The notes under the pieces are model-generated. The model did not search any database and had not been told where the DNA came from. It saw nothing but the letters and a program-made list of their open reading frames with translations. A DNA stretch of 64,000 bases, taken from contig DATFHM010000073.1 of NCBI GenBank assembly GCA_035248385.1, positions 16,653 through 80,652 on the forward strand. Direction: 5' to 3'. Positions 9,428 through 18,951 of the stretch are shown here, in pieces. The stretch is from Nocardioides sp. GTDB taxonomy: Bacteria; Actinomycetota; Actinomycetes; Propionibacteriales; Nocardioidaceae. The number at the start of each line of letters is the position of its first letter. The first letter of the stretch is position 1. The position numbers and the translations under genes are program-made.

Positions 9428-10653
9428 AGAAGTACTTGCAGATCGGCCTCGGCATCCTCACGGCGATCGGCGGCTTCGTCGACATCGGTGACCTCGTCAC
9501 CAACGCCCAGGTGGGCGCGCGGTTCGGGCTCTCCCTGATCTGGGCGACCCTGCTCGGCACCGTCGGCATCTGCGTCTTCGCCGAGATGTCCGGCCGCATC
9601 GCCGCCGTCAGCGGCAGAGCGACCTTCGACCTGATCCGCGAACGGCTCGGGCCACGCTTCGGCCTGCTCAACCTGGTCGCCTCGATGCTCGTCACCTTCC
9701 TGACGTTCATCGCCGAGATCGGCGGCGTCGCGCTGTCGCTCGAGCTCGTCGCCTCGGTGCAGGAGGTGCTGATCGTCCCGTTCATCGCGCTGCTCATATG
9801 GCTCGTGCTGTGGCGGGCGAAGTTCAACGTGATCGAGAACGTCTTCGGACTGCTCGGGCTGGCGCTGATCGTCTTCGCGGTGGCGCTCTGGCAGCTCGGG
9901 CCGGACTGGGGCGCGCTGGCCCACCAGGCGGCGACCTTCGCGAAGCCGCACGACGAGCTGTGGTCGACGTACGCCTACTACGCCGTGGCGCTGTTCGGAG
10001 CCGCGATGACGCCGTACGAGGTCTTCTTCTTCTCCAGCGGCGGCGTCGAGGACAAGTGGACCGACAAGGAGATCGGGGTGATGCGCTCCAACGTGCTCAT
10101 CGGCTTCCCGCTCGGCGCCCTGCTGTCCGTGTCGATCGCCGGTAGCGCCTGGCTGGTACTCGGACCGCTCGGGGTCAGCGTCGACGCGCTGGGCCAGGTC
10201 GGCCTCCCGATCGCCGCGGCCCTCGGCAAGATCGGCCTCGCGATCGCGCTTCTCGGCTTCTTCGCCGCCACCTTCGGCGCGGCCTGCGAGACCGGGCTCA
10301 GCGTCGGCTACAGCATCGCGCAGTACATCGGCGCGCAGTGGGGCAAGTTCGTCCGGCCCGCCGAGGCGATGTTCTTCCACGTCGTCATCGCGCTGGCCAC
10401 CCTCATCGCGGCCGGTGTCCTCGTCACCGGGGTCGACCCGATCATGGTGACCGAGCTGTCCGTGGTCTTCTCGGCCGTCGCGCTGCCGCTCACGTACCTG
10501 CCGATCCTGATCGTGGCGAACGACCCGGACTACATGGGCGAGTACACGAACGGCCGGTTCGCGAACGCGCTCGGCGTGGTCACGCTCGTCTTCGTCCTGA
10601 TCGCGGCCCTCGCCGCGATCCCGCTGCTGATCTGGACGGGGATGGGCCGATGA
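9424..10653 (+). CDS. NRAMP-like divalent metal transporter (atypical motifs)
   Basis: ~11 TM helices; EMSGRIAAVSGR and NDPDYMG NRAMP-like motifs; DIGD in place of DPGN. Confidence 0.8.
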   Translation: MKKYLQIGLGILTAIGGFVDIGDLVTNAQVGARFGLSLIWATLLGTVGICVFAEMSGRIAAVSGRATFDLIRERLGPRFGLLNLVASMLVTFLTFIAEIGGVALSLELVASVQEVLIVPFIALLIWLVLWRAKFNVIENVFGLLGLALIVFAVALWQLGPDWGALAHQAATFAKPHDELWSTYAYYAVALFGAAMTPYEVFFFSSGGVEDKWTDKEIGVMRSNVLIGFPLGALLSVSIAGSAWLVLGPLGVSVDALGQVGLPIAAALGKIGLAIALLGFFAATFGAACETGLSVGYSIAQYIGAQWGKFVRPAEAMFFHVVIALATLIAAGVLVTGVDPIMVTELSVVFSAVALPLTYLPILIVANDPDYMGEYTNGRFANALGVVTLVFVLIAALAAIPLLIWTGMGR

Positions 10654-11288
10654 CGCGCACGCCGAACCGCCTGGAGGACACCTTCGACGCCGTCCTCCAC
10701 CTCCTCGACCGCCAGATCCTCGACGCCGACGGGCGGATGGCCGGCAACGTCGACGACGTCGAGCTCGCCGACCTCGGCGCCGGCATCGAGATCACCGGCC
10801 TGATGACCGGCATCAGCGCCTACCTGCACCGGATCGGCGGTCGCGTGGGCGCCCGCCTGGTCCGTGGGTACGGCGAGCTCCTGCCCGCCGAGCCGCACAG
10901 CAACCAGCCCTGGCGGATCCCCCTGGACAAGGTCGAGCGCGTCGAGAGCGCGGTCCACCTCGGCGTACGCCGCGAGGGGCTGCTCGAGCGCGGGCCCGAA
11001 CGGCTCCGGCTCGGGGACCTCACCGGCATGCGCGTGACCGGCGGCAAGGGCCGGGTCATCGACGCGCGCTTCGAACCCGTCGACGGACGACTGCTGCTCA
11101 GGGCACTCGTCGTCGGCCGGGGCGGCCCGGGCTCCTGGCTCGGCTATGAGCGCAAGGACGAGCACGGCCCGTGGGTGATCGCGAAGCTCGTCCGCTGGTG
11201 GCACCGCCACACCCACGTGATCGACATCGACAGCGTCAGCATCGACTGGGACACCGGTGAAGTGACCCCACGGCAGGAGGGCCGATGA
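10650..11288 (+). CDS. PRC-barrel-like protein (two repeats)
   Basis: ATGA overlap; LLDRQILDADGRMAGNVDDVEL and a second LGDLTGMRV...GRVIDAR unit. Confidence 0.7.
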   Translation: MTRTPNRLEDTFDAVLHLLDRQILDADGRMAGNVDDVELADLGAGIEITGLMTGISAYLHRIGGRVGARLVRGYGELLPAEPHSNQPWRIPLDKVERVESAVHLGVRREGLLERGPERLRLGDLTGMRVTGGKGRVIDARFEPVDGRLLLRALVVGRGGPGSWLGYERKDEHGPWVIAKLVRWWHRHTHVIDIDSVSIDWDTGEVTPRQEGR

Positions 11289-12241
11289 AGCTACCCCGAC
11301 CGCGCGGTGCGCTCAGCGAGAGCCTCGTCTCCCTCCTGGGGACGGGCTCGGGCCGGGCGACTCCCCCGCCCGACCTCGCCGAGAGCGACGACGACCGTCA
11401 CCTCTCGCTCTGGGTGCTGCACGAGCTGCACTACCGCGGCTTCGAGGAGGTCGACCCGCGGCTGGAGTGGGACCCCGAGCTGATCCGGCTGCGCGGCGTC
11501 CTCGAGGAGCGGCTCGAGACGTGGCTGCGCGACCTGACCGCGAAGGAGGTCCTGGCCGCGACCGAGCAGACCGACGACCTCGTCGGCCAGCTCGAGTACC
11601 TCACCCGCGACCAGCCGGGCGAGGTGGCGTCGTACCTCCTGCGCGAGGCGAGCGAGGAGCAGTACCGCGAGTTCCTCATCCAGCGCAGCCTCTACACGCT
11701 CAAGGAGTCCGACCCGCACGCGTGGGTGCTGCCCCGGCTGGACGGGCCGGCCAAGGCCGCGCTCGCCGAGCTGCTGTACGACGAGTACGGCGCCGGCGTA
11801 CCGACCCGCCTGCACCAGACGCTGTACGCCGACGCGCTGACCGGCGCCGGCCTCGACCCGACGTACGGCGCCTACGTCGACCGGATCTCGTGGCAGGTGC
11901 TGGCCCACAACAACGCGATGTCGCTCTTCGGCCTGCACCGGCGGCTGCGGGGCGCGGCGATGGGGCACCTGGCCGCGTTCGAGATGACGAGCTCGCTGCC
12001 GTGCCGGCGCTACGTGCAGGCGGCCGAGCGGCTGGAGCTCGACCAGCGCGTCGTGCGCTACTTCGACGAGCACGTGGAGGCGGACGCGGTGCACGAGCAG
12101 CTCGCCTCGCGCGCCATCTGCGCGGCGTTGGTCGAGGACGAGCCGCAGCTGCGCGACGACGTGCTGCTGGGCGCGGCCGCCTGCGTCGCGCTCGACTCCC
12201 TCGGCGCGACGTACTTCCTCGACACCTGGGCCGCCCGGTGA
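11285..12241 (+). CDS. Iron-containing redox enzyme (heme-oxygenase-like diiron, HDO superfamily)
   Basis: KESDPH, DEYG..LH, AFE, DEHVEADAVHE metal-ligand pattern. Confidence 0.85.
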   Translation: MKLPRPRGALSESLVSLLGTGSGRATPPPDLAESDDDRHLSLWVLHELHYRGFEEVDPRLEWDPELIRLRGVLEERLETWLRDLTAKEVLAATEQTDDLVGQLEYLTRDQPGEVASYLLREASEEQYREFLIQRSLYTLKESDPHAWVLPRLDGPAKAALAELLYDEYGAGVPTRLHQTLYADALTGAGLDPTYGAYVDRISWQVLAHNNAMSLFGLHRRLRGAAMGHLAAFEMTSSLPCRRYVQAAERLELDQRVVRYFDEHVEADAVHEQLASRAICAALVEDEPQLRDDVLLGAAACVALDSLGATYFLDTWAAR

Positions 12242-12438
12242 GCGGGCCGGTCCGGGCGGTGCCGATCCCCGGCGGACCGCTGCTCCTGCGTGGTGCCGAG
12301 GAGGTCCTCGACGAGGACGGCCGGGCGCACGCGGTGGAGCGGCCCGTCGTGGCGCTGTGCACCTGCGACCTGAGCCAGCGCAAGCCATGGTGCGACGGCA
12401 CGCACAAGGTCGCCGCGGGAAACGGCACAACCCGCTGA
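12238..12438 (+). CDS. CDGSH iron-sulfur domain protein
   Basis: GTGA overlap; LCTCDLSQRKPWCDGTH. Confidence 0.88.
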   Translation: MSGPVRAVPIPGGPLLLRGAEEVLDEDGRAHAVERPVVALCTCDLSQRKPWCDGTHKVAAGNGTTR

Positions 12439-12618
12439 TCTGAGGACAGCCGGGCTTGGTGAAAGCGTCAACCAGGTACGCCAGAGGCGCCTAAGGTCGG
12501 CCGGACGGGCCACCGCTCCCCACAGCACATCGAGCCCGTCCCACCCGCGAGGAGCCACCATCGCGGGATCGTCGTCGTGGTCCTCGGGGTCTACGCACCA
12601 ACCCCCGAGGGAAGCTCC

Positions 12619-15600
12619 ATGTCTCTTCACGCACCTGCGCGTCGTACCCGGCGCCTCGTGTCCGCGATCGCGGCCACGGCCCTGGGCGTCGGCGCCCTGG
12701 CCGCGGGCACATCCGCGGCGCACGCCGGCGGCGGCAACAGCGGCGACAACGCCGTGACCGCGACCGTGACGCCGACCAGCGTCGTCGGCGGCTCCACCAC
12801 CGAGTTCGACCTGCGCGTCGCGGCCGGCAACATGACCGGCAACGTCGGCTCGCTGATCAAGGTCGCCGTCCCGGCCGGCTTCGACAACGTGAACGTCGTG
12901 CCCGGCACCTTCACGTACTCGTCGGCCCACACCTGGGGCCAGACCTTCGAGAGCCCGAACACCGTCGTGTTCACCGAGACCAACGCCTCCGGCGGCCTGG
13001 TCGGCAGCGAGTGGGTCGACGTGCACGTGACCGCGCACGCGGTCGGCGGCGGCGCGCAGACGTGGACGACGTCGGCGTGGAAGGGCACGGCGAGCAGCAG
13101 CAACGCCCTCCCCGTGCTCGCCTCGCCGGTCGTCACCATCAGCGGCGGCTCGCAGACCCTCACCTTCGGCGCGCTCGGCAACAAGACCTGGGGCGACGCG
13201 GACTTCACCGTCGCCGCGACCTCGACGAGCAGCGCCAACCCGATCACGTACACCGCGTCGGGTGACTGCACCATCGTGAGTGGCAACCAGGTGCACCTGG
13301 TGCAGGCCGGCTCCTGCACGGTGACCGCCCACCAGGCCGCGGGCAACGGCTACACCGCCGCGGCCGACGTCTCGCAGGGCTTCACCATCAACAAGGCCTC
13401 CCAGACCATCACGTTCGGCGCCCTCGCTGACAAGACCTGGGGCGCGGCGGACTTCTCGGTCAGCGCCACCGCCAGCTCGGGCCTCGCCGTGACCTTCACG
13501 GGCGACGGCCAGTGCTCGGTCTCCGGCACCACCGTGCACCTGACCGGAGCGGGCGCGTGCACGATCACCGCGCACCAGGCCGGCAACGTCGACTTCAGCG
13601 CGGCCGCCGACGTACCGCACGCCTTCGCCATCAACAAGGCCGGCGCGACGATCAACGTCTCCGACCTGGAGCAGACCTACGACGGCGCGGGCCACGCGAT
13701 CACCACGACGACCTCGCCGAGCGGACTCCAGGTCGACGTCGCCTACAGCCAGGGCGGCAGCCCCGTCGCGCACCCGACCGCGGCCGGGACCTACGACTTC
13801 ACCGCCACGGTGGACGACGCCAACTACTCCGGCTCCACCACGGGCCAGCTCGTCATCGACCGCCGCGTCGTGCACGGCACCTTCGCGGCAGCGGACAAGG
13901 CGTACGACGGCACCACCGCCGCTGACGTCACCTCGGAGTCGCTGACCGACGCGGTCGCCGGCGACGACGTCCACCTCACGGGAGGCACGGCCGCCTTCGA
14001 CGGGAAGGACGCCGGCACCCAGGGCGTCACGCTCACCGGCGCCGCGCTGACCGGCAGCGCCCAGGACAACTACACGCTGTCCAGCGACGCGATCACCACG
14101 ACGGCCACGATCAACCCGCGCCTCGTGACGGCCGTGCTGTCCGCCTCCGACAAGGAGTACGACGGCACGAACGGCGTCGTGAGCGGCGAGGTCACCGTCG
14201 ACCTGACCGCCGGGGACGTCCTCTCCCCCGACACGGTCGGTGTGGCGATCACGTCCGCCTCGTTCGACGGCACCGACGTCGGCGCGCACACCGTCACCGC
14301 GACGGTCCACCTGACCGACAACGCCCTCGGCGACTACACCCTCGGCGCGGGCACGTCGGTCAGCGACGCCGCCGGCATCTACCAGCGGCTGACGACGGGA
14401 TCGTTCACGGCCGACGACAAGGTGTACGACGCCACCACGGTCGCCACCGTCCACTCCACGAACCTGACCCGCGTCGTCAACGGCGACGACGTGAGCCTCG
14501 TGGTCGACCCGGCCGTGTTCGCGGACAAGACCGTCGGCAGCGGCAAGACGGTGACGGGGACGTTCAGCCTCGCGGGCGGTCGCGCCGGCCAGTACGTGCT
14601 GGCCGACGTCACCGGCACCACCCAGGCGAGCATCACCGCGGCGTCGGTGAGCGCGAGCATCACCGCCGACAACAAGGTGTACGACGCCGGCACCGGCGCC
14701 ACCATCCACCCGACGGTCACCGGCGTGATCGGGGGCGACACGGTCACCGCGACCGGGTCCGGCAGCTTCGCGGACAAGAACGTGGGCACCGGCAAGACGG
14801 TCACGTCGACCGACCTGGCCCTGGGTGGCGCGGACGGCGGCAACTACACCCTCGCCGCCGGCCCGTGGACGACGACGGCGAATATCACCGCCAAGTCCGT
14901 CACCGGCTCGATCACGGCCGACAACAAGGTGTACGACGCCACCACCGGCGCCGCGATCCACCCGTCGGTCACCGGGGTTCTCGGGGGCGACACGGTCACC
15001 GTGACCGGCTCCGGCAGCTTCGCCGACAAGAACGTGGGCACCGGCAAGACGGTCACCTCGACCGACCTGACCCTGGGTGGCACGGACGGCGGCAACTACA
15101 CCCTCGCCGCGGGCCCGTGGACCACGACGGCCAACATCACCGCCAAGTCGGTCACCGCCTCGATCACGGCCGACAACAAGGTCTGGGACGGCACCACCAC
15201 CGCCACCATCCACCCGAGCCTCACCGGCGTGATCGCCGGCGACAGCGTCAGCGTCGGTGGCACGGGCACCTTCGCCAGCTCGAACGTCGGCACCTGGACG
15301 GTCACGTCGACCGACCTGACGCTGGGCGGCACCGACGGCGGGAACTACCACCTGGCCGCCGGTCCGTGGACGACCACCGCGAAAATCACCCCGGCGTACG
15401 TCGGCACGGGCTTCTACCAGCCGGTCGACATGAACGGGGTGCTCAACAAGATCAAGGGCGGCCAGACGGTCCCGCTGAAGTTCAACGAGAAGGACGCCAA
15501 CGGGGTCAACCAGACCACCCTGTCGATCTTCGCCGCGAACGCGTTCAGCGTCACCTCGATGGCGTGCAGCACCACGGCGCCGACCGACCCGGTGGAGCTG

Positions 15601-15756
15601 GTCACGACCGGCAACACCTCGCTGCGGTACGACGCCACGGGCGGCCAGTACATCCAGAACTGGAAGACCCCGACCACCGTCGGCTGCTACGCCGTCAAGG
15701 TCACGACGGTCGACGGCAGCACGATCGGCCCGGCGTACTTCCAGATCACGAAGTAG
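12619..15756 (+). CDS. Secreted/surface protein with Ig-like, MBG and YDG repeats and a C-terminal PxKF domain
   Basis: Signal peptide; repeated DKxYDG/TT units; C-terminal GFYQPVD...GQTVPLKF...YIQNWKT. Confidence 0.85.
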   Translation: MSLHAPARRTRRLVSAIAATALGVGALAAGTSAAHAGGGNSGDNAVTATVTPTSVVGGSTTEFDLRVAAGNMTGNVGSLIKVAVPAGFDNVNVVPGTFTYSSAHTWGQTFESPNTVVFTETNASGGLVGSEWVDVHVTAHAVGGGAQTWTTSAWKGTASSSNALPVLASPVVTISGGSQTLTFGALGNKTWGDADFTVAATSTSSANPITYTASGDCTIVSGNQVHLVQAGSCTVTAHQAAGNGYTAAADVSQGFTINKASQTITFGALADKTWGAADFSVSATASSGLAVTFTGDGQCSVSGTTVHLTGAGACTITAHQAGNVDFSAAADVPHAFAINKAGATINVSDLEQTYDGAGHAITTTTSPSGLQVDVAYSQGGSPVAHPTAAGTYDFTATVDDANYSGSTTGQLVIDRRVVHGTFAAADKAYDGTTAADVTSESLTDAVAGDDVHLTGGTAAFDGKDAGTQGVTLTGAALTGSAQDNYTLSSDAITTTATINPRLVTAVLSASDKEYDGTNGVVSGEVTVDLTAGDVLSPDTVGVAITSASFDGTDVGAHTVTATVHLTDNALGDYTLGAGTSVSDAAGIYQRLTTGSFTADDKVYDATTVATVHSTNLTRVVNGDDVSLVVDPAVFADKTVGSGKTVTGTFSLAGGRAGQYVLADVTGTTQASITAASVSASITADNKVYDAGTGATIHPTVTGVIGGDTVTATGSGSFADKNVGTGKTVTSTDLALGGADGGNYTLAAGPWTTTANITAKSVTGSITADNKVYDATTGAAIHPSVTGVLGGDTVTVTGSGSFADKNVGTGKTVTSTDLTLGGTDGGNYTLAAGPWTTTANITAKSVTASITADNKVWDGTTTATIHPSLTGVIAGDSVSVGGTGTFASSNVGTWTVTSTDLTLGGTDGGNYHLAAGPWTTTAKITPAYVGTGFYQPVDMNGVLNKIKGGQTVPLKFNEKDANGVNQTTLSIFAANAFSVTSMACSTTAPTDPVELVTTGNTSLRYDATGGQYIQNWKTPTTVGCYAVKVTTVDGSTIGPAYFQITK
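14653..15390 (+). repeat. Three tandem ~252-bp (84 aa) near-identical YDG repeats
   Basis: SITADNKV(Y/W)D...GGNY(T/H)LAAGPWTTTA repeated three times with high DNA identity. Confidence 0.85.
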
Positions 15757-15769
15757 GCACCACACGCAC

Positions 15770-15805
15770 TCGGCCCCCGCCCGGATCGCTCCGAGCGGGG
15801 GCCGA
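15770..15805. terminator. Hairpin terminator between convergent genes
   Basis: TCGGCCCCCGC / GCGGGGGCCGA 11-bp stem plus inner CGGA/TCCG. Confidence 0.7.
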
Positions 15806-15819
15806 CTGCTGCTCGACGC

Positions 15820-16266
15820 CTACGCGTCGGGGAACTCGTAGTCCTCGGCCTCCGCCAGCGAGGGCAGCTCGGCAACGAGGACCTGGGTGCACCACTTGCA
15901 GGTGAGGGCGTCGATCGCCACGAACTCCTTGCAGTAGACGCACTCCTTCTGCCCCTGCGCGCGGAAGTTGCCGAGGCCGAAGCGGATGATCAGCTTGACC
16001 AGGACGAACAGCACCAGGCCGAGGATGAGGAACGCCAGGAAGTCGCCGAGGAACTGGCCGTAGTGGACCTGGCCCTTGCCGACGTTCCACACCAGGCCGG
16101 AGGTGTCCGGCGCCCCGCCGAGCGCCGCGATGAAGTCCATGATCACGTTCTTCGCGAGCGAGTCGACGACGGCCGCGAACGCGGACCCGATGATGAAGCC
16201 CAGCGCCAGGTCGAGCATGTTGCCCCCGAGCGCGAACGTCCTGAACTCCCGCCACATCCTGCCCAT
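15820..16266 (-). CDS. mscL: Large-conductance mechanosensitive channel with C-terminal zinc ribbon
   Basis: EFRTFALGGNMLDLALGFIIGSAFAAVV, YGQFL; CVYC...CKWC. Confidence 0.88.
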   Translation of the reverse strand: MGRMWREFRTFALGGNMLDLALGFIIGSAFAAVVDSLAKNVIMDFIAALGGAPDTSGLVWNVGKGQVHYGQFLGDFLAFLILGLVLFVLVKLIIRFGLGNFRAQGQKECVYCKEFVAIDALTCKWCTQVLVAELPSLAEAEDYEFPDA

Positions 16267-16322
16267 GCTGCTCTCCTGCTGTGCGCCCTTGCGGGTACGG
16301 CGCCCCCTGCGCCGCAGGGTGA

Positions 16323-18797
16323 TTATGGGGCCGTCCGAGGCGCCGGCCCGCTCGACCCACCGCGCGCCGCGAGCTTGCGCTCCTGGAGATCCAGGAGGTC
16401 CGCGATCGTGCGACGGAGCGAGCCGTCCAGACCGGGCGCCGACAGCACGTGCCGAAGCCCCTCCACCGTCGGCTCGTCGAACCAGGGCCGCGGGAAGAAC
16501 CACCCCGCAGCCAGGCCGAGGGTCCAGCCGCTGCGCACCTGCGCGGTGCCGGCGACGTCGGCGAGGTAGCGGTCGACGTACGGCGCCGTCAGGTCGCGCT
16601 GGGCGTGCTGCCACAGGCCGCGACCGGCGGCCTCGAGCTCGAGAGTGGGGAGTGCCGTCGTACCGGTGAAGCAGGACCAGGCCCACGCCTTGGCCTCCGG
16701 TGTCGGGAGGGACGCTCGGGCGTGGGCGTGCCCGACCCCGGCCGCGGCGGTGGGCTCGTGGTCGCGGGCCCGGTCGAGCTCGGTCAGGTCCGTCTCGCCC
16801 AGAGCGGCCAGCCGGCCGAGGAGCCGCCAGCGCAGGTCCAGGTCGAGCTGCACGCCGTCGGGCAGTGCCGCACCCGAGAGCCAGCTGCGCAGCAGGGACG
16901 GGTCGCTCGAGGTCGCCACCGCCGCCCGGAGCGCGGCGAACTGCTCCTCCGACGCGGGCGGCGCCGAGTCGAGACGGGTCAGGAGGACCGCGTGGAGCCG
17001 AGCGGTCGCGCGCTCGGGGTCGGGCTGCAGCGGCAGCACCCACTCCCGGACCCACCCCATGGTGCGGTGCTCCGCGTCGTCGAGGTCCTCGACCGGCGGG
17101 GCCGCGAGGACGAGCTCGAGGACGAGGTCGGGCGGGAGCACCGCGTTGTGCAGGGCGCTGCGGATGCCGCTCCAGGTGGCCGCGCGCTGCAGCGGGTCCT
17201 CGACCGTGGGCAGCAGGTCGACGAGCTCCCTGGCCGACGTGATGTCAGGTGGGGTGACGGCCCAGGTCTCCAGGTGCGGGTCGAGGACGACCGCGCGGGC
17301 GTCGGCCTCGAAGGGCACCTCCGGCCGGTCGACCACGACGGGCCGGAGCTCCCAGCCGGTCGCCGTGGCGACAGCGGCGTGCAGCCGGTGGCTGCGCCCG
17401 GTGTCGGCACCCGGCGGTGGGGTCCGCCGCAGCACTCCGGCCGTGCGGTCCAGCTCGATCCGGTCCGGGCCGGCGCTGCGCAGCCAACCCGTGGTGAAGG
17501 CACCGAGGTCGGTGGCACCGGCCCGCTCCCAGCACGCCACGAGGTCGGCCAACGCCGCGTTGCCGAAGCGGTGCCGCTCGAGCAGGTCGACGACGCCACC
17601 GAGGAAGACCTCGTCGCCGAGCGAGGTGCTCAGCTGTCGCAGCACCGCGCAGCCCTTGGCGTACGAGATGCCGTCGAAGTCCTGGAGCGCGGCCGCGGCG
17701 TCGGCGGCGCCGTTGCCCGCGATCGGGTGCGTGCTCGGACCCTGGTCACCGATCAGCCCCCACTGGCGGCGGGCGTAGGCGTCGTCGACCAGCACGTCGT
17801 CGTACGCCGTGGCCGCGGCGGTGACCCGGTTGCCGAGGTACTCCGCGAACGACTCGTTGAGCCACAGGTCGTCCCACCAGGCCGGGGTGACGAGGTTGCC
17901 GAACCACTGGTGCGCCAGCTCGTGCTCGAGGGTCGTCGCGCGTTGCACCCGCTGGCTGCGCGACGCGCGGCTGGTGAACAGCATCGTGTCGCGCACGGTC
18001 ACGCAACCCGGGTTCTCCATCGCGCCCGCGTTGAAGTCGGGCACGAACGCCTGGTGGTAGTGGCCGAAGGCGTAGCGGATGCCGAACAGCCGGTGCAGCT
18101 CGTCGAGGCCCTGAGCGGTCAGCGTGAACAGCTCGTCGGCGTCCTTCTCCAGGTCGGCGGCGAGGCTGGCGCGAGCGCTCAGGCCGAGCGGGATCCCGTC
18201 GTGCTCGTGGTGCAGCTGGTGGTAGGGACCGGCCACCACCGTCACGCCGTACGTCGCGAGCGGCCGGCTGCGCTCGAGCTCCCAGACCCCCGGTTCCACC
18301 TGCTCTCCCGGCGCGTTGCCGACGACCGTCCAGCTCTCCGGGGCCCGGACGTGGAGGGTGTACGGCGCCTTCAGGTCGGGCTGGTCGAAGCAGGCGAACA
18401 CCGTCGGCGCGGCATCCAGGAACGACATCCCGTAGACGTAGTGCCGCCCGTCGGCCGGGTCGACGCTGCGGTGCAGCCCCTCGCCGTCGAAGCGGAAGGC
18501 CATCACCGCGTCCACCACGAGCTCGTGCTCCCCGAGCTGCAGGTCGAGCGGCAGCCGCCCGCGCTCCCACGCGTCGAGGTCCAGCGACCGGCCGTCGAGG
18601 ACGGCGGAGCGCAGCTCGGCCGGCCGGACGTCGACGAAGGTCCGCCCCACACCGCTGGCGAAGCGGATGGTGGTCCGCGACCCGAACGTCCGCTCGTCCC
18701 CGGCGAGGTCCAGCGCCACGTCGTACTCGAGGTCACGGAGGAGCGCCCGGCGGGCGAGCGCCTCGGAGTGCTGGAGCGGCGCGTGCGGGCTCGACAT
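16323..18797 (-). CDS. pepN: Aminopeptidase N (M1 family)
   Basis: GAMENPG, HELAHQWFGN-x-WLNESFA, ISYAKG. Confidence 0.93.
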   Translation of the reverse strand: MSSPHAPLQHSEALARRALLRDLEYDVALDLAGDERTFGSRTTIRFASGVGRTFVDVRPAELRSAVLDGRSLDLDAWERGRLPLDLQLGEHELVVDAVMAFRFDGEGLHRSVDPADGRHYVYGMSFLDAAPTVFACFDQPDLKAPYTLHVRAPESWTVVGNAPGEQVEPGVWELERSRPLATYGVTVVAGPYHQLHHEHDGIPLGLSARASLAADLEKDADELFTLTAQGLDELHRLFGIRYAFGHYHQAFVPDFNAGAMENPGCVTVRDTMLFTSRASRSQRVQRATTLEHELAHQWFGNLVTPAWWDDLWLNESFAEYLGNRVTAAATAYDDVLVDDAYARRQWGLIGDQGPSTHPIAGNGAADAAAALQDFDGISYAKGCAVLRQLSTSLGDEVFLGGVVDLLERHRFGNAALADLVACWERAGATDLGAFTTGWLRSAGPDRIELDRTAGVLRRTPPPGADTGRSHRLHAAVATATGWELRPVVVDRPEVPFEADARAVVLDPHLETWAVTPPDITSARELVDLLPTVEDPLQRAATWSGIRSALHNAVLPPDLVLELVLAAPPVEDLDDAEHRTMGWVREWVLPLQPDPERATARLHAVLLTRLDSAPPASEEQFAALRAAVATSSDPSLLRSWLSGAALPDGVQLDLDLRWRLLGRLAALGETDLTELDRARDHEPTAAAGVGHAHARASLPTPEAKAWAWSCFTGTTALPTLELEAAGRGLWQHAQRDLTAPYVDRYLADVAGTAQVRSGWTLGLAAGWFFPRPWFDEPTVEGLRHVLSAPGLDGSLRRTIADLLDLQERKLAARGGSSGPAPRTAP

Positions 18798-18951
18798 GGA
18801 CGCACTGTAGGCGCGGGAGGCGGCCCGCACAGGGCCCGCGAGGAGGTTCATCGGCGCATCCGAAACGGCCACGGCAACCTTGGCCGATCGGACAGCCCGG
18901 CGACCGTCGGCCGCCATGATGCTGGAGCCACCACTCACCCTGGAGGTAGCC

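Noticed and set aside
14653-15390. Tandem repeats as a non-coding array or DGR template
   Set aside because: In-frame protein domain repeats with mostly synonymous differences; no reverse transcriptase nearby.
12058-15765. 1235-aa minus-strand ORF
   Set aside because: Antisense shadow of the YDG protein caused by high-GC codon bias; no motifs.
15850-15960. Zinc ribbon on MscL as a novelty
   Set aside because: CxxC...CxxC tails are common on actinobacterial MscL proteins.
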